Assembly: GCA_964478735.1 (NCBI GenBank)
Contig: CAYZJB010000004.1
Span: forward strand, 15,480 to 79,479
Direction of reading: 5' to 3'
Origin: an uncultured Bacteroidota bacterium
GTDB taxonomy: Bacteria > CLD3 > SB21
DNA length: 64,000 bases
The notes beneath the pieces were generated by a model, which did no database searches, was not told the origin of the DNA, and saw only the letters and a list, made by a program, of their open reading frames with translations. Of this stretch, positions 20,801-29,916 are shown piece after piece (positions within the stretch are counted from its first letter, which is position 1; each line of letters starts with the position of its first letter). A program made the translations under genes and the position numbers.

Positions 20801-21565
20801 CCGTCGCTGTTCCAAACGTCTTATTCGGTATCGGAATCCGGTACACTGGAAATTGCGGCGACGTTGGAGGACTCTGCTGGAAATCAGACCGTACCGTCGA
20901 GAGTTTTTACCTTTGCGCTGCTGCCAAAGACCCGTGTGCTGGTCAGTCATGACCGGCGTGTGACTACGTCCTTGTCGCGGAGCCGAGGCATTTTGTGGTT
21001 GGGTGTCGAACCGGCGGAGAGGGCGGCCTTACCGATTTCCACGACTTATGCGATCGACGTGGGCGGGACGGTCGAGTCGGGTAATCCTCTTGAACTTTCG
21101 ATCGATTATTCGACGCTGGACGTCGGTGCGCTGGGTTGGACAGACGATTCAAAAATCGGGATTTATCGAATGGAATCCGGAACGCCGGTATACATCGGTG
21201 GGGCCGGCAGAGCCGGGCGTATCGCTTCTCAAATCGATCGCCTCGGACGATACGTGCTGGGCTATGATCCAAACCGACAAAGTTTGCCCCGTGAATTGCA
21301 TCTCGACAATTATCCCAATCCCTTCAATCCGATAACCTCGATACGGGTTGCGTTGCCGTTTTCATCGGACGTCCGCGTCGAGATATACAATCTTATCGGC
21401 CAACGGGTTAAAACGCTATATCGTGGCTTTCTTCCGGCCGGCCGCCATACCATGACGTGGAATGGTACCAGCGAAACAAGTAATCGTGTAGCCACGGGCG
21501 TTTATTTGTGCCGCGTTTCATTTGCCGGTCAGGTGACAACGAGAAAAATGCTGCTCGTCAAATAG
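17855..21565 (+). CDS. large secreted right-handed parallel beta-helix repeat protein (1236 aa) with T9SS C-terminal sorting domain
   Basis: signal peptide; >15 repeats of GNxIGxN / ISGNxxDGI beta-helix type; C-terminus NYPNPFNPITSIRVALP...VEIYNLIGQRVKTL...GVYLCRV canonical T9SS type-A CTD. Confidence 0.8.
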   Translation: MYNFAMIILLYIRHLVVLMLFVSVIYGQTITVTSSADSGPGTLRDAIQLANGSLTVDTIRFDTLSMGSAVISITTALPILTDDSIVIAGPVWPGGEPAVTIDGGALTSGENTITISGSFCEVQSLTLINNQSTGAAVEITGGVSNRVTGNTIGLDRIGQNAMPNSVGVLITGGQAHRIGDSSAAGGNIISGNLEDGIRIVASHDNVVLNNRIGVNRFGTAAGNASSGILINSGSKATRIGSGTPSGRNIIGGNLTGIRIADNGSDSTAIDGNWIGVHFSSSVANGTGIRIENGASSTRIGQWGNVTPNTISGNTGDGISIVGSLTRGTTIRGNRIGTDTTGSTGIGNAGSGIFIQDARRSTIGGVAVGESNVISGNGFDGILLDGTDSTFVYGNRIGVDGSGMLAIPNMNNGIELQSAARNTTIGGRSAGQGNVISGNDAIGILIVDEGTSRASIVGNLIGVALDSVGDVGNGESGVHLSFGASRDSVNYNLIAYNGVGIAYEDATTDSNVHFANSIFRNGQGIDIALNAQGDIIPPAIAYVSLDTTVHGTADPFAFVQIYADSVDQGRFFLDTARADAAGNWSRKVQLPGGARVLAIQEAGMSSSEFSTPFEPFIGPVGVSLPTLSFGNVFLGQTDTQSVRIFSLSGDVILTDQFLSSLGEFTVLTTFAFPETLAVGDTLTIEIAFTPADFGTRNSSWHILNNSSIPVFGLPLTGYGQAGSLIAMDTVVFPETIVGDSSSVTISVKAEDAPVQLTEAVTQTPVFSIVSQPTLPFTLLNGVVDSVLFEIKYRPSLSTLQGDTLIIQSNSPAGDRYVLLQGHGLPNQSPGSFPLLPLPGGSTTNNRRPTFLWRRSVDADGDTVIYTLQISTTANFASITQSVQTPDTVVVLPLPLDTLQSYYWRVFARDDKNGETVSNVGFFTVDAVAPRGSLRILPSPILQTSAAIYVYSSEPLESASTRIRFWDVEQQLLDSINVQLTEIQPSLFQTSYSVSESGTLEIAATLEDSAGNQTVPSRVFTFALLPKTRVLVSHDRRVTTSLSRSRGILWLGVEPAERAALPISTTYAIDVGGTVESGNPLELSIDYSTLDVGALGWTDDSKIGIYRMESGTPVYIGGAGRAGRIASQIDRLGRYVLGYDPNRQSLPRELHLDNYPNPFNPITSIRVALPFSSDVRVEIYNLIGQRVKTLYRGFLPAGRHTMTWNGTSETSNRVATGVYLCRVSFAGQVTTRKMLLVK

Positions 21566-22891
21566 ACGGGCCACAGGGATAAAAATTCAGGCAACCCCCA
21601 AAATTTTTTACTAACCCCTCCTTTGCTCCTCTTACGCACGGAATTTTTTCGGTATGATGAAAGCCTCCCGCTCGTTGAGGGCTTTTAGTGAAATTATTTT
21701 GATTGCTATCTGGAAGAGATTTAGAGCAGGGTTCAATCGAAATGTCACTCCTTCGGGGTTGACGTAAACATTTGTAGTAGTGTTTTTACAATCTGCATCC
21801 CTTCGGGATTGGCCCGCGATGGCAACACTCAAGCCCGAAGGGCTGAAATGATTGTATGAAGAACGTGCAAATAGAGTGCGAACCCCGAAGGGTGGTAGGG
21901 CCGTCCTCGGTAAAGCCGTCAGCTTTTCACACAACAAAAGGTGCTTTAGAGGTATCATCGTCTTTCGTGGACTGACCGCGTTCCCTCTCCTGCAGCACGG
22001 CAGTCCTGACTGCTCTTGAGCAAGATTGCGGGTTCACTTGAGCGGAGCAGGATGTGCACCGTATTTTTCGCAGCTCCTTTTGTTCCGTTATGGATTGGTT
22101 ACAACATCCGTGTACGACAAAAGGAGTTTTTTCTTGTATGTTCTTCAGCGCTCGAAAAAGAACCTTTTTTACCCTCAACAATTGCCGCCCGAGCATCTAA
22201 AATCAGGCCTTCGCGGGGGTTGTCTGTAGAAATTTGCCTTGACTATACACGACGGGACGGATTACCTTGGCCTGTCATGATACGGTGCTCGGGCTTTCTA
22301 TTACTGATTTCGTTTTCAGCGCTCCAGGCCTCCGAAGATTGCTCCGGACCTGTCGCTTCGAGGCCGGTTCCTGCATCATTTCAAAACTTCGATCATCTTC
22401 AATTTCCCGTTTTCCTTGGCTCGTTTCGAGAAGACTCCGACGGCAACACGTTCAGCCAGAAGACAAAACCCTACATCGCTTTTCTCCCGTCAAGTAACAT
22501 TTTACATCACTCGACAAAAAACGCTTTACGTTCGATTCTCCGTATTCACCACGGCCAGCTCGGCATCATTTCAGCCTTCCGTGCTCCTCCCGTCTTGTCC
22601 CTCCTTTAAGTAACAGGAACTAAAAGTTCAATCGGGTGCCGGCGTCTCCGATCCCTGATGGGACGCGGGCAATCGTAATTGCCTGTCCCGGCAGCGGCCG
22701 GTAGGGGCGCTTTTAAACGGCAACGTAACGGCCGTCATCATTTTACAATTTTTTTAAATACAGTCCGTCTTTATGGATGCATTAACCTTGTCTATCAGCG
22801 TCGCACTTATGGCTGCGCTGGTGGGGGTCTTCATTCACTTGATCATAAAATCAAAATCACAAAAAAATTAATAAAACGGAGTTTGACCTAT

Positions 22892-23173
22892 ATGCAGAAC
22901 ACGGAAACGTATCGGAATCTGATTTCCTGCGAGGAACTGTTTATGCAGGACCAGGAGTGGCTGGATAAACGAAACCGAGCCGTGAAAAAAATATTTAACG
23001 GTAATGAAAACGAATTCAAACAATTCCTGTCCCGCATCGAGCCGCTCCAGCAGTGGAAGGATGCGATGGTCGTCATCGAAGACGAGTTCTCCAAGCGGAA
23101 AGTGAAAAGCGATGCGCGGGAAGCCACCGGGTTGACCGACGTGCTTTTCAAGCGCTACTTCCCGTCGTACTGA
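22892..23173 (+). CDS. small hypothetical protein (93 aa)
   Basis: ATG 22892 preceded by GGAG 8 nt upstream; followed by bidirectional terminator. Confidence 0.45.
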   Translation: MQNTETYRNLISCEELFMQDQEWLDKRNRAVKKIFNGNENEFKQFLSRIEPLQQWKDAMVVIEDEFSKRKVKSDAREATGLTDVLFKRYFPSY

Positions 23174-23181
23174 AAACAGAT

Positions 23182-23213
23182 AAAAAAGCCGCTTCTCAAT
23201 GAGGCGGCTTTTG
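23182..23213. terminator. bidirectional rho-independent terminator
   Basis: AAAAAA-AGCCGCTTC-tcaat-GAGGCGGCT-TTTT between convergent small genes. Confidence 0.7.
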
Positions 23214-23232
23214 CATTCACGCCGATTCGGCA

Positions 23233-23397
23233 TTATCCCGCCAGGGCTTTGTCCACCTGATCCTGTGTGGCATAGCCTTTGGCGACGATAATCTCGCCGA
23301 GTTTTTTACCGCTGCTCTTCTGTTCGCTCAGACACTCGTCGAGTTGGGCCTGAGTGATGACTCCGTTTTTGATCAGCGTGTCACCGAGCATCGCCAT
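23233..23397 (-). CDS. 54 aa mini-protein consisting of two tandem MshEN / GspE-N-like motifs (putative c-di-GMP-binding module)
   Basis: not in ORF track (<60 aa); AGGAGG 8 nt upstream of ATG 23397; sequence MLGDTLIKNGVITQAQLDECLSEQ-KSSGK-KLGEIIVAKGYATQDQVDKALAG matches xLGxxLLxxGLLxxxxLxxxLxxQ-x5-repeat. Confidence 0.6.
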   Translation of the reverse strand: MAMLGDTLIKNGVITQAQLDECLSEQKSSGKKLGEIIVAKGYATQDQVDKALAG

Positions 23398-23423
23398 GGG
23401 GAACCTCCTGGTTTGATGATACG

Positions 23424-25559
23424 TTAGGGTTGGAAAAATTTACCGTTCGCAGCGGCCATGGAACGAAGCCGCGTGCATGGTTCAAAACGATTTCCATAGG
23501 TCCGGGAAAACGTGTCCAGCGTGGCGGTGATGGCCGGGGCGCCGACGACGTCTGCGTACCGCATTAACCCTCCACGAAACGGAGGAAATCCCGTTCCGAA
23601 AATCATACCGATATCGATATCGTCGACGGATGTAACAATGCGTTCGTCCAGACACCGAACCGCTTCATTGATCATCGGGAAGAGCATGCGCTGCAGCATG
23701 ACGTCATCGGATAGATTAAAGGTTGCGGCCGGCTGCAGGATGCCATAAACGTCGGGGTCGACGAGAGTTTCTTTGCCGTGACGGTAAAATCCCAACTGCC
23801 CTTTTTTACCGAGACGGCCCTTGTGATACAGTTTTTCCACGGCATGCGAACCTTGGACTCTCGATCCGAAACTCTGTTCGAAAATCTTGCCGACTTTGTA
23901 TGCGACATCGATCCCAACCTCGTCGATCAGCAAACACGGTCCCATCGGCATACCGAACGTCGTCATCACACGGTCCAGCCGGTCGATCGGACAGCCCTCT
24001 TCGACCAGGAACCCGGCCTCATTCAAGTACGGCATGAGGAGACGATTGACCAGGAAACCGGGGCCGTCATTGACCACGATCGGCGTTTTGCCAAGCCGTT
24101 TCGCGAATTCGTACAACGTAGCGACCGTGCCGTCGCTTGTCTGACGTCCCCGAATGATCTCGACAAGCGGCATGCGATGGACGGGATTGAAAAAATGCAT
24201 GCCGGCAAAGCGTTCGGGATGAGAGACCGCCTGGGCCATTTCGGTGATCGACAGCGACGACGTGTTGGACGCCACGACGCACGTCGTGGAGATGTGCGTG
24301 GAGAGATCGGATAGTACCTTTTTCTTGACGTCCATGTTCTCCACGATCGCCTCAATGACGATATCGTTCTGCCGAAAACCGGTGTAGTCCAGAGTTCCGC
24401 TGATGAACGACATTTTCCTGCGAACGTCGGTCCGCGTCATGCGCCGGCGCTTTAACCGGGAATCGAAAACTTTCCGCGCCGATCGCATTCCGAGGGCAAT
24501 CGCGTCCATCGAGATGTCTTTCAGTCGGACCGGTATGTCCCGGTCGGCCAGTAATTGCGCAATGCCTCCGCCCATCACACCCGCGCCGAGAACGCCCGCA
24601 TAGTCGATGGGACGGACGTTCACGGCCTTTCCGGAAAGCCCATTGTGCTTTTTGATCTTTTCGGTAAGAAAATAAATGTTGATCAAATACTTCGAGACGG
24701 ATGAAACGACGAGTCGACTGAGATAGTCCGCTTCAATGGCCAGTCCTTCGCGCAGGGGTCGGGGCAGGCCTCGGCGAACGGCTTCAATGGCATCGAGCGG
24801 AGCGGGATAATGGCCGTGGGTCTGTTTCATCACCGACTCGCGCGCTTTCGAATAAATCAGTGATTGACCGACGGACTCCAACAATGCCGACACGAGGCCC
24901 CGCGGTTTACGATGACGCACGAGTTTTTTGTGTTTTCCGGCGAGGATGTCCTCGATGAACGGAAGCACGTGAATCTCGTAATTGGCATGCGGAACCACAC
25001 GATCGACGATTCCCTGCCGGAAAGCTTTTTTGGCATCCAGGGCTTTTCCGGTCAGGATCAAGGGCAACGCGCGCTGCAGCCCGATCGTGCGCGGCAAGCG
25101 CTGGGTGCCGCCGAATCCGGGAATAATGCCAAGCATGACCTCGGGAAGGCCGATTTTAGTTTTCGGGTGATCCGTGGCGATCCGATAACTGCAGGCAAGC
25201 GCCAGTTCCAATCCACCGCCCAAGCAGGCGCCGTTGATGACCGCGATGACGGGGAACGGAAGTTTTTCCAATCGCAAGAATATCTCGTGGACCTTCATGA
25301 CCGATTCGCGTACGGCGGCGGGATCCGATGCAGACCGGATTTCTTCAATATCCGCGCCGGCGATAAAGATGTCGGGTTTGGCGCTTTGGATGATGAGTGC
25401 ACGGATCGAGGTCTGATCGGTTTCAACGGCGGCGAGCGCGTCGTTGAATGCCAGCAGGAACTGCGCGGAAAGTTTGTTGACCTTCTCGCCGGGGTAATCC
25501 AGAGTCAACCGGCCGATCGAATCCTGAATCGCAAGTGTCATTCCAAAAAAAGACGGCAT
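23424..25559 (-). CDS. fatty-acid oxidation multifunctional protein (enoyl-CoA hydratase + 3-hydroxyacyl-CoA dehydrogenase, FadB/FadJ-like)
   Basis: N-terminal crotonase fold, central Rossmann GVLGAGVMGGGIAQ, 711 aa. Confidence 0.85.
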   Translation of the reverse strand: MPSFFGMTLAIQDSIGRLTLDYPGEKVNKLSAQFLLAFNDALAAVETDQTSIRALIIQSAKPDIFIAGADIEEIRSASDPAAVRESVMKVHEIFLRLEKLPFPVIAVINGACLGGGLELALACSYRIATDHPKTKIGLPEVMLGIIPGFGGTQRLPRTIGLQRALPLILTGKALDAKKAFRQGIVDRVVPHANYEIHVLPFIEDILAGKHKKLVRHRKPRGLVSALLESVGQSLIYSKARESVMKQTHGHYPAPLDAIEAVRRGLPRPLREGLAIEADYLSRLVVSSVSKYLINIYFLTEKIKKHNGLSGKAVNVRPIDYAGVLGAGVMGGGIAQLLADRDIPVRLKDISMDAIALGMRSARKVFDSRLKRRRMTRTDVRRKMSFISGTLDYTGFRQNDIVIEAIVENMDVKKKVLSDLSTHISTTCVVASNTSSLSITEMAQAVSHPERFAGMHFFNPVHRMPLVEIIRGRQTSDGTVATLYEFAKRLGKTPIVVNDGPGFLVNRLLMPYLNEAGFLVEEGCPIDRLDRVMTTFGMPMGPCLLIDEVGIDVAYKVGKIFEQSFGSRVQGSHAVEKLYHKGRLGKKGQLGFYRHGKETLVDPDVYGILQPAATFNLSDDVMLQRMLFPMINEAVRCLDERIVTSVDDIDIGMIFGTGFPPFRGGLMRYADVVGAPAITATLDTFSRTYGNRFEPCTRLRSMAAANGKFFQP

Positions 25560-25561
25560 GG

Positions 25562-26554
25562 TTACGGCACTTCGATTTTGTTGACGATCTGTTCGATGAT
25601 GTTTTCACTGGTCACTTCTTCGGCCTCCGCTTCGTACGTCAGGATCACGCGGTGACGAAGTACGTCGAGTGCGATCGAACGAATGTCTTCGGGAATCACG
25701 TAACCGCGACGATGCAGGAAGGCCATCGCTTTGGACGCCAGCACCAGATTGATCGATGCGCGCGGTGAGGCGCCGAACTGAATCAGCGGATTCAACGACG
25801 CCAGGCCAAACCGGTCGGGATGACGCGTCGCAAAAATCAAATCCAGGATGTAATTTTCGATTTTTTCATCGATATAAATGTCGTTGGTCACGTCGCGCGC
25901 GCGTTTGATTTCCTCCGGAGAAACGACGGCCCGTGCTTTCGGTTTCCGGGCGTTGGTAGCCATTCGTCGCATGATCTCGAGCTCTTCCTCTCGGTTCGGA
26001 TACCCGACACGCAGCTTGAGCATAAAGCGGTCGACCTGCGCCTCCGGCAGCGGATACGTGCCTTCCTGTTCGATCGGATTTTGAGTCGCCAGAACGAGAA
26101 ACGGATCGTCGAGCGGATACGTCGTGTCGCTGATCGTCACCTGGCGCTCCTGCATGGCTTCGAGAAGTGCACTCTGCACTTTGGCCGGAGATCGGTTGAT
26201 TTCGTCGGCCAGGATGAGATTGGCAAAGATCGGTCCCTTACGCGTGGTAAAGCCGCCGTCTTTTTGGTTGTACATCAGCGTTCCGACAAGATCGGCAGGA
26301 AGCAGGTCCGGGGTAAATTGAATGCGACGGAAAGTCGTATGAATGGCGTCCGCCAGCGTATTGACGGTCAGCGTTTTGGCCAGCCCGGGTACACCTTCCA
26401 GCAGGATGTGGCCATTGGATAAGAGAGCGACAAGAATACGTTCAACCATGTACCGCTGTCCCACGATGACCTGACCGATTTCGCGAATCAACGTATCGAC
26501 AAAAGCGCTTTCCCTGTGAATTCTCTCGTTCAGTTCCTGAATGTCAATAGCCAT
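25562..26554 (-). CDS. MoxR-family AAA+ ATPase
   Basis: VIVGQRYMVERILVALLSNGHILLEGVPGLAKT Walker A region, ~330 aa; starts MAIDIQ; 2 nt from fadB-like start. Confidence 0.85.
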   Translation of the reverse strand: MAIDIQELNERIHRESAFVDTLIREIGQVIVGQRYMVERILVALLSNGHILLEGVPGLAKTLTVNTLADAIHTTFRRIQFTPDLLPADLVGTLMYNQKDGGFTTRKGPIFANLILADEINRSPAKVQSALLEAMQERQVTISDTTYPLDDPFLVLATQNPIEQEGTYPLPEAQVDRFMLKLRVGYPNREEELEIMRRMATNARKPKARAVVSPEEIKRARDVTNDIYIDEKIENYILDLIFATRHPDRFGLASLNPLIQFGASPRASINLVLASKAMAFLHRRGYVIPEDIRSIALDVLRHRVILTYEAEAEEVTSENIIEQIVNKIEVP

Positions 26555-28574
26555 ACGATCCTTCTTTATTTTCGAATTTGACGACGACGACGGTGATGTC
26601 GTCCTGCAGCGTTCCATCCGGTACGAACCGGATCACGGCATCGATGATTTTTTCCTGGATTTGTTTGGCGGGGAGATTGCGATGCTCTCGAACAATGGCA
26701 TGAACGGGTTCTTCTCCGAACATTTCGTCCGCGGCATTGAAAACCTCGGTGACGCCATCGGTATACAGCAGCAAGATGTCTCCGGGGTCGATCATACGCG
26801 GCATTTGAGAATATTCTTGATCGGCAAGAAAACCCAGCACGATTCCCCCGTGGCTCAGTTTGAAAACGTCTCCGTTTTTTTTGTACAGAAAAGGTGCGCA
26901 GTGTCCCGCGTTGGTATAGTACAGGATCAACGATTCGAAATCAATGACGGTATAGAAGAAGGTCGCGTACATGTTTTCGGCCGTATTGGCCCGGAGCAAG
27001 TTGTTCAACGCGGCCACGGTGTCGGACGTCGAATTAAATTCCCGTACGAACCCTCGGTATCCCGCGTACAGCAGGGCCATCATGATCGCGCCCGGAACGC
27101 CTTTGCCCGATACATCGCCCACGCAAATTCCGATCTGGTGATCGTTGAGTCGCAGTACGTCGTAAAAGTCGCCGCCGACGGAAAAGCAGGGGATGCTCGA
27201 TGCCGACATATCGAGGTTCTGAATTCTCGGCAGCCGATGCGGCAGGATGGCCTGCTGAATGCGTCCGGCGATTTGCAGTTCTTTTTCCATTTCCCGATTT
27301 CGCAGGGACGCTTCATAAAGCTGTGCATTCTTGATCGCGATAGCCGCCTCGGCCGCCAGCGCCGTAAGAATGTCGACAAAACCCTCATGGTAGGCCGCCA
27401 GATGGTCGCTTTCGAGGTTCATTACACCGATGACCGTCGGGCCGTCGCAGATGGGGACCACGATCTCCGATCGCGTGCTGGGACGCAAATTCACGTAGTG
27501 CTCGTCAAAACTGACGTCTTTGACGATCATCAACTTGTTGACCTTGGCGACGTGGCCGATCAAACCGGTTCCCACTTTGATGTCGATCTGTTCGAGAGCT
27601 TTTTCTTCATAACCGCGCACCACGGCGCTTTCGATTTCCTGGGAGCCCTCATTGACCAGAAAAATTCCTGCCGCGTCGTACGGCACGATCGCCCGAACCG
27701 CGTCGAGGATCATATCGAGCAATTGTTCCAGATTGGAGGTGTGGTTGAACCGTTTGGTGATGTCGAGGATCAGTTCCTTCTCCATCAGGCTTTTTTTCAA
27801 CTGCTGGCCGATGCGGGCGTCCTCCAACGTTTGTCCTACGCGCTGAAGCGAGTGCCACAGAATTTTTTTATCCTCACCCATCAACGCATTGCGGCTGTCG
27901 ACCTCCGGACCCAGCGCTACAAGATAGCTGATCTCCTCTTTTTTCCAGAGCGGAACCAGGTACGCCGTTCCCTCGCTCTTGAGGATATGGATCGGATCGG
28001 AAAAGACGGCGCCGTTTTGACGGGCCAAAAGTTCGTCAATGCTGAACATGCGGGGAAGCGACAGCCATTTTTCATATTGCATCATATCCGCGCGGATGCG
28101 TCGAGTGACGATTTCGTCGCGAACCGTTGAGCTGACAAGTGAAAAATGGTCCGGGATGGCGAGGTACAGATTGACGTGCCTGACGTGAAGAATGTCCTTG
28201 AGACTGGACGTGACCGTATCGGCAAGGGCTTTATAGTCGCTTTGCGACGACAACGTAGAATCTAATAAACGGATCTGGCGTTGCCGTTCATGATAGTAGG
28301 TGAACAGCCAGCGCCGCATACGGGCTTCCGTAAACGTGCGGAGCGGTTCGTAGAAGATCACGATCAACAGGGCCTTGAGAAAATGGATCTGGAGCTCGCG
28401 TACGCGAGGAAAATACAATTCAAACAGCGTCTCCATCGTCACAAAAATGACGATAAAGGCAAACGTCAGGATCGCATACAGGATCAGGTAATGAAAACGT
28501 CGAAAATATTTAAGCATTGCGATAGGATGGACATAAAAAAAGCGGCCCAAATATACGAGCCGCCCTTCTAACAA
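26544..28574 (-). CDS. membrane-anchored GAF domain + PP2C/SpoIIE-type serine phosphatase (RsbU-like)
   Basis: N-terminal TM helices, GAF-like middle, C-terminal PPM motifs (GDVSGKGVPGA..., LLLYTDGVTE); start ambiguous (TTG 28574 or ATG 28517). Confidence 0.8.
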   Translation of the reverse strand: MLEGRLVYLGRFFYVHPIAMLKYFRRFHYLILYAILTFAFIVIFVTMETLFELYFPRVRELQIHFLKALLIVIFYEPLRTFTEARMRRWLFTYYHERQRQIRLLDSTLSSQSDYKALADTVTSSLKDILHVRHVNLYLAIPDHFSLVSSTVRDEIVTRRIRADMMQYEKWLSLPRMFSIDELLARQNGAVFSDPIHILKSEGTAYLVPLWKKEEISYLVALGPEVDSRNALMGEDKKILWHSLQRVGQTLEDARIGQQLKKSLMEKELILDITKRFNHTSNLEQLLDMILDAVRAIVPYDAAGIFLVNEGSQEIESAVVRGYEEKALEQIDIKVGTGLIGHVAKVNKLMIVKDVSFDEHYVNLRPSTRSEIVVPICDGPTVIGVMNLESDHLAAYHEGFVDILTALAAEAAIAIKNAQLYEASLRNREMEKELQIAGRIQQAILPHRLPRIQNLDMSASSIPCFSVGGDFYDVLRLNDHQIGICVGDVSGKGVPGAIMMALLYAGYRGFVREFNSTSDTVAALNNLLRANTAENMYATFFYTVIDFESLILYYTNAGHCAPFLYKKNGDVFKLSHGGIVLGFLADQEYSQMPRMIDPGDILLLYTDGVTEVFNAADEMFGEEPVHAIVREHRNLPAKQIQEKIIDAVIRFVPDGTLQDDITVVVVKFENKEGSYGY

Positions 28575-28590
28575 TCAATTTATTTTAGAC

Positions 28591-29904
28591 TTAATCGTAA
28601 TATTCCAATCCCAAATGGGTGATCATTTCCTCGCCTTTCATCCATCGCAGCGTGTTTTTCAGTTTCATCAGTTGGATGAAAAGATCGTGTTCGGGATAAA
28701 GCCCCGGAGCCGTCATTGGCGACTTGAAATAAAACGACAACCATTCCTGAATACCCTTGAATCCCGTCCGTCCGGCGAGGTCCAAAAACAGGGCAAGATC
28801 GAGAACGATCGGCGCCGCCAGAATGGAATCCCGGCATAAAAAATCGACTTTGATCTGCATGGGATACCCGAGCCACCCGAAAATATCGATATTATCCCAG
28901 CCTTCTTTGTTGTCGCCGCGCGGCGGATAATAATTGATCCGAACGACGTGTGAAAACTTGTCATACAAATCAGGATACAATTCCGGCTGCAGGATGTGCT
29001 CCAGTACCGATAACTTGCTTTCTTCCTTCGTCTTAAAAGATTCCGGGTCATCGAGAACTTCACCGTCGCGATTTCCTAGGATATTGGTCGAGTACCACCC
29101 CTGGAGGCCGAGAAGGCGTGCTTTGAATCCCGGTGCAAGGATGGTTTTCATCAGCGTTTGTCCCGTTTTGAAATCCTTGCCGCAAATCGGGACCCTGTTT
29201 TTGTCGGCCAGTTCGATCAACGCGGGGACGTCGGCGGACAAATTGGGCGCGCCGTTGGCGTAGGGGATACCTTCCTGGATGGCCGCGTATGCGTAGATCA
29301 TGCTTGATGGAATGTTGGGATCATTCTCGCGAAGACCTTTTTCCAGCTTCTCGAGCGAGGAATGAACGTCGCTGGGCTTGATAAAAATTTCCGTCGAACC
29401 GCACCACACCATGACGAGGCGGCTGCAACCGTTTTTCTGTTTGAAGTCCCGGATGTCATGGCGAAGCTGGTCGGCCAGTTCCATCTTTGTTTTCCCTGAC
29501 TTCACGTTGCGTCCGTTGAGCCGTTTGACGTATTGTTGATCAAAGACCGCTTTCATCGGGATTATTTTTTCTAACTCGGGCCGGATGGCATTGAGCAGGT
29601 CCTTGTCCAATACTCCGGCTTTCATCGCAGCCTCATAGGCGTTGTCTTCGAAAATATCCCACCCACCGAACACGATGTCCGTCAACTCCGTCAGAGGGAC
29701 GAATTCTTTGATCGACGGAATGCGTTTGTCGGTTCTTTTTCCAAGCCGGATGGTTCCCATTTGTGTCAATGACCCAATCGGTTTGGACAGACCTTTCCGA
29801 ACGGCAATGGTCCCGGCAATCATCGTGGTGGCCACGGCGCCGAGGCCGGGCAGCAGGATACCGAGTTTCCCTTCCGCTTTTTTGATATCAACTGGCGATT
29901 TCAA
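28591..29904 (-). CDS. myo-inositol-1-phosphate synthase (inositol-3-phosphate synthase)
   Basis: GLGAVATT NAD-binding start, ...YANGAPN...CGKDFKTGQT..KT.L...SYN.LGNRDG aligns with conserved MIPS core (NGSPQN...GDDxKSGQTK...LGNNDG). Confidence 0.8.
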   Translation of the reverse strand: MKSPVDIKKAEGKLGILLPGLGAVATTMIAGTIAVRKGLSKPIGSLTQMGTIRLGKRTDKRIPSIKEFVPLTELTDIVFGGWDIFEDNAYEAAMKAGVLDKDLLNAIRPELEKIIPMKAVFDQQYVKRLNGRNVKSGKTKMELADQLRHDIRDFKQKNGCSRLVMVWCGSTEIFIKPSDVHSSLEKLEKGLRENDPNIPSSMIYAYAAIQEGIPYANGAPNLSADVPALIELADKNRVPICGKDFKTGQTLMKTILAPGFKARLLGLQGWYSTNILGNRDGEVLDDPESFKTKEESKLSVLEHILQPELYPDLYDKFSHVVRINYYPPRGDNKEGWDNIDIFGWLGYPMQIKVDFLCRDSILAAPIVLDLALFLDLAGRTGFKGIQEWLSFYFKSPMTAPGLYPEHDLFIQLMKLKNTLRWMKGEEMITHLGLEYYD

Positions 29905-29916
29905 TAGGTCGTTCTC

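Noticed and set aside
21721-21745. tRNA-like T-arm (GGGTTCAATCG)
   Set aside because: No acceptor or anticodon stem could be built around it; no tRNA, rRNA, tmRNA or RNase P signatures found anywhere in the window
22016-22609. 197 aa plus-strand ORF inside the ORF-free stretch
   Set aside because: Low-complexity Ser/Leu/Pro-rich translation with no SD and no domain-like segments; overlaps other equally implausible ORFs
26541-28130. 529 aa plus-strand ORF
   Set aside because: Antisense to the GAF-PP2C gene; Arg/Val/Asp-rich composition typical of high-GC antisense frames
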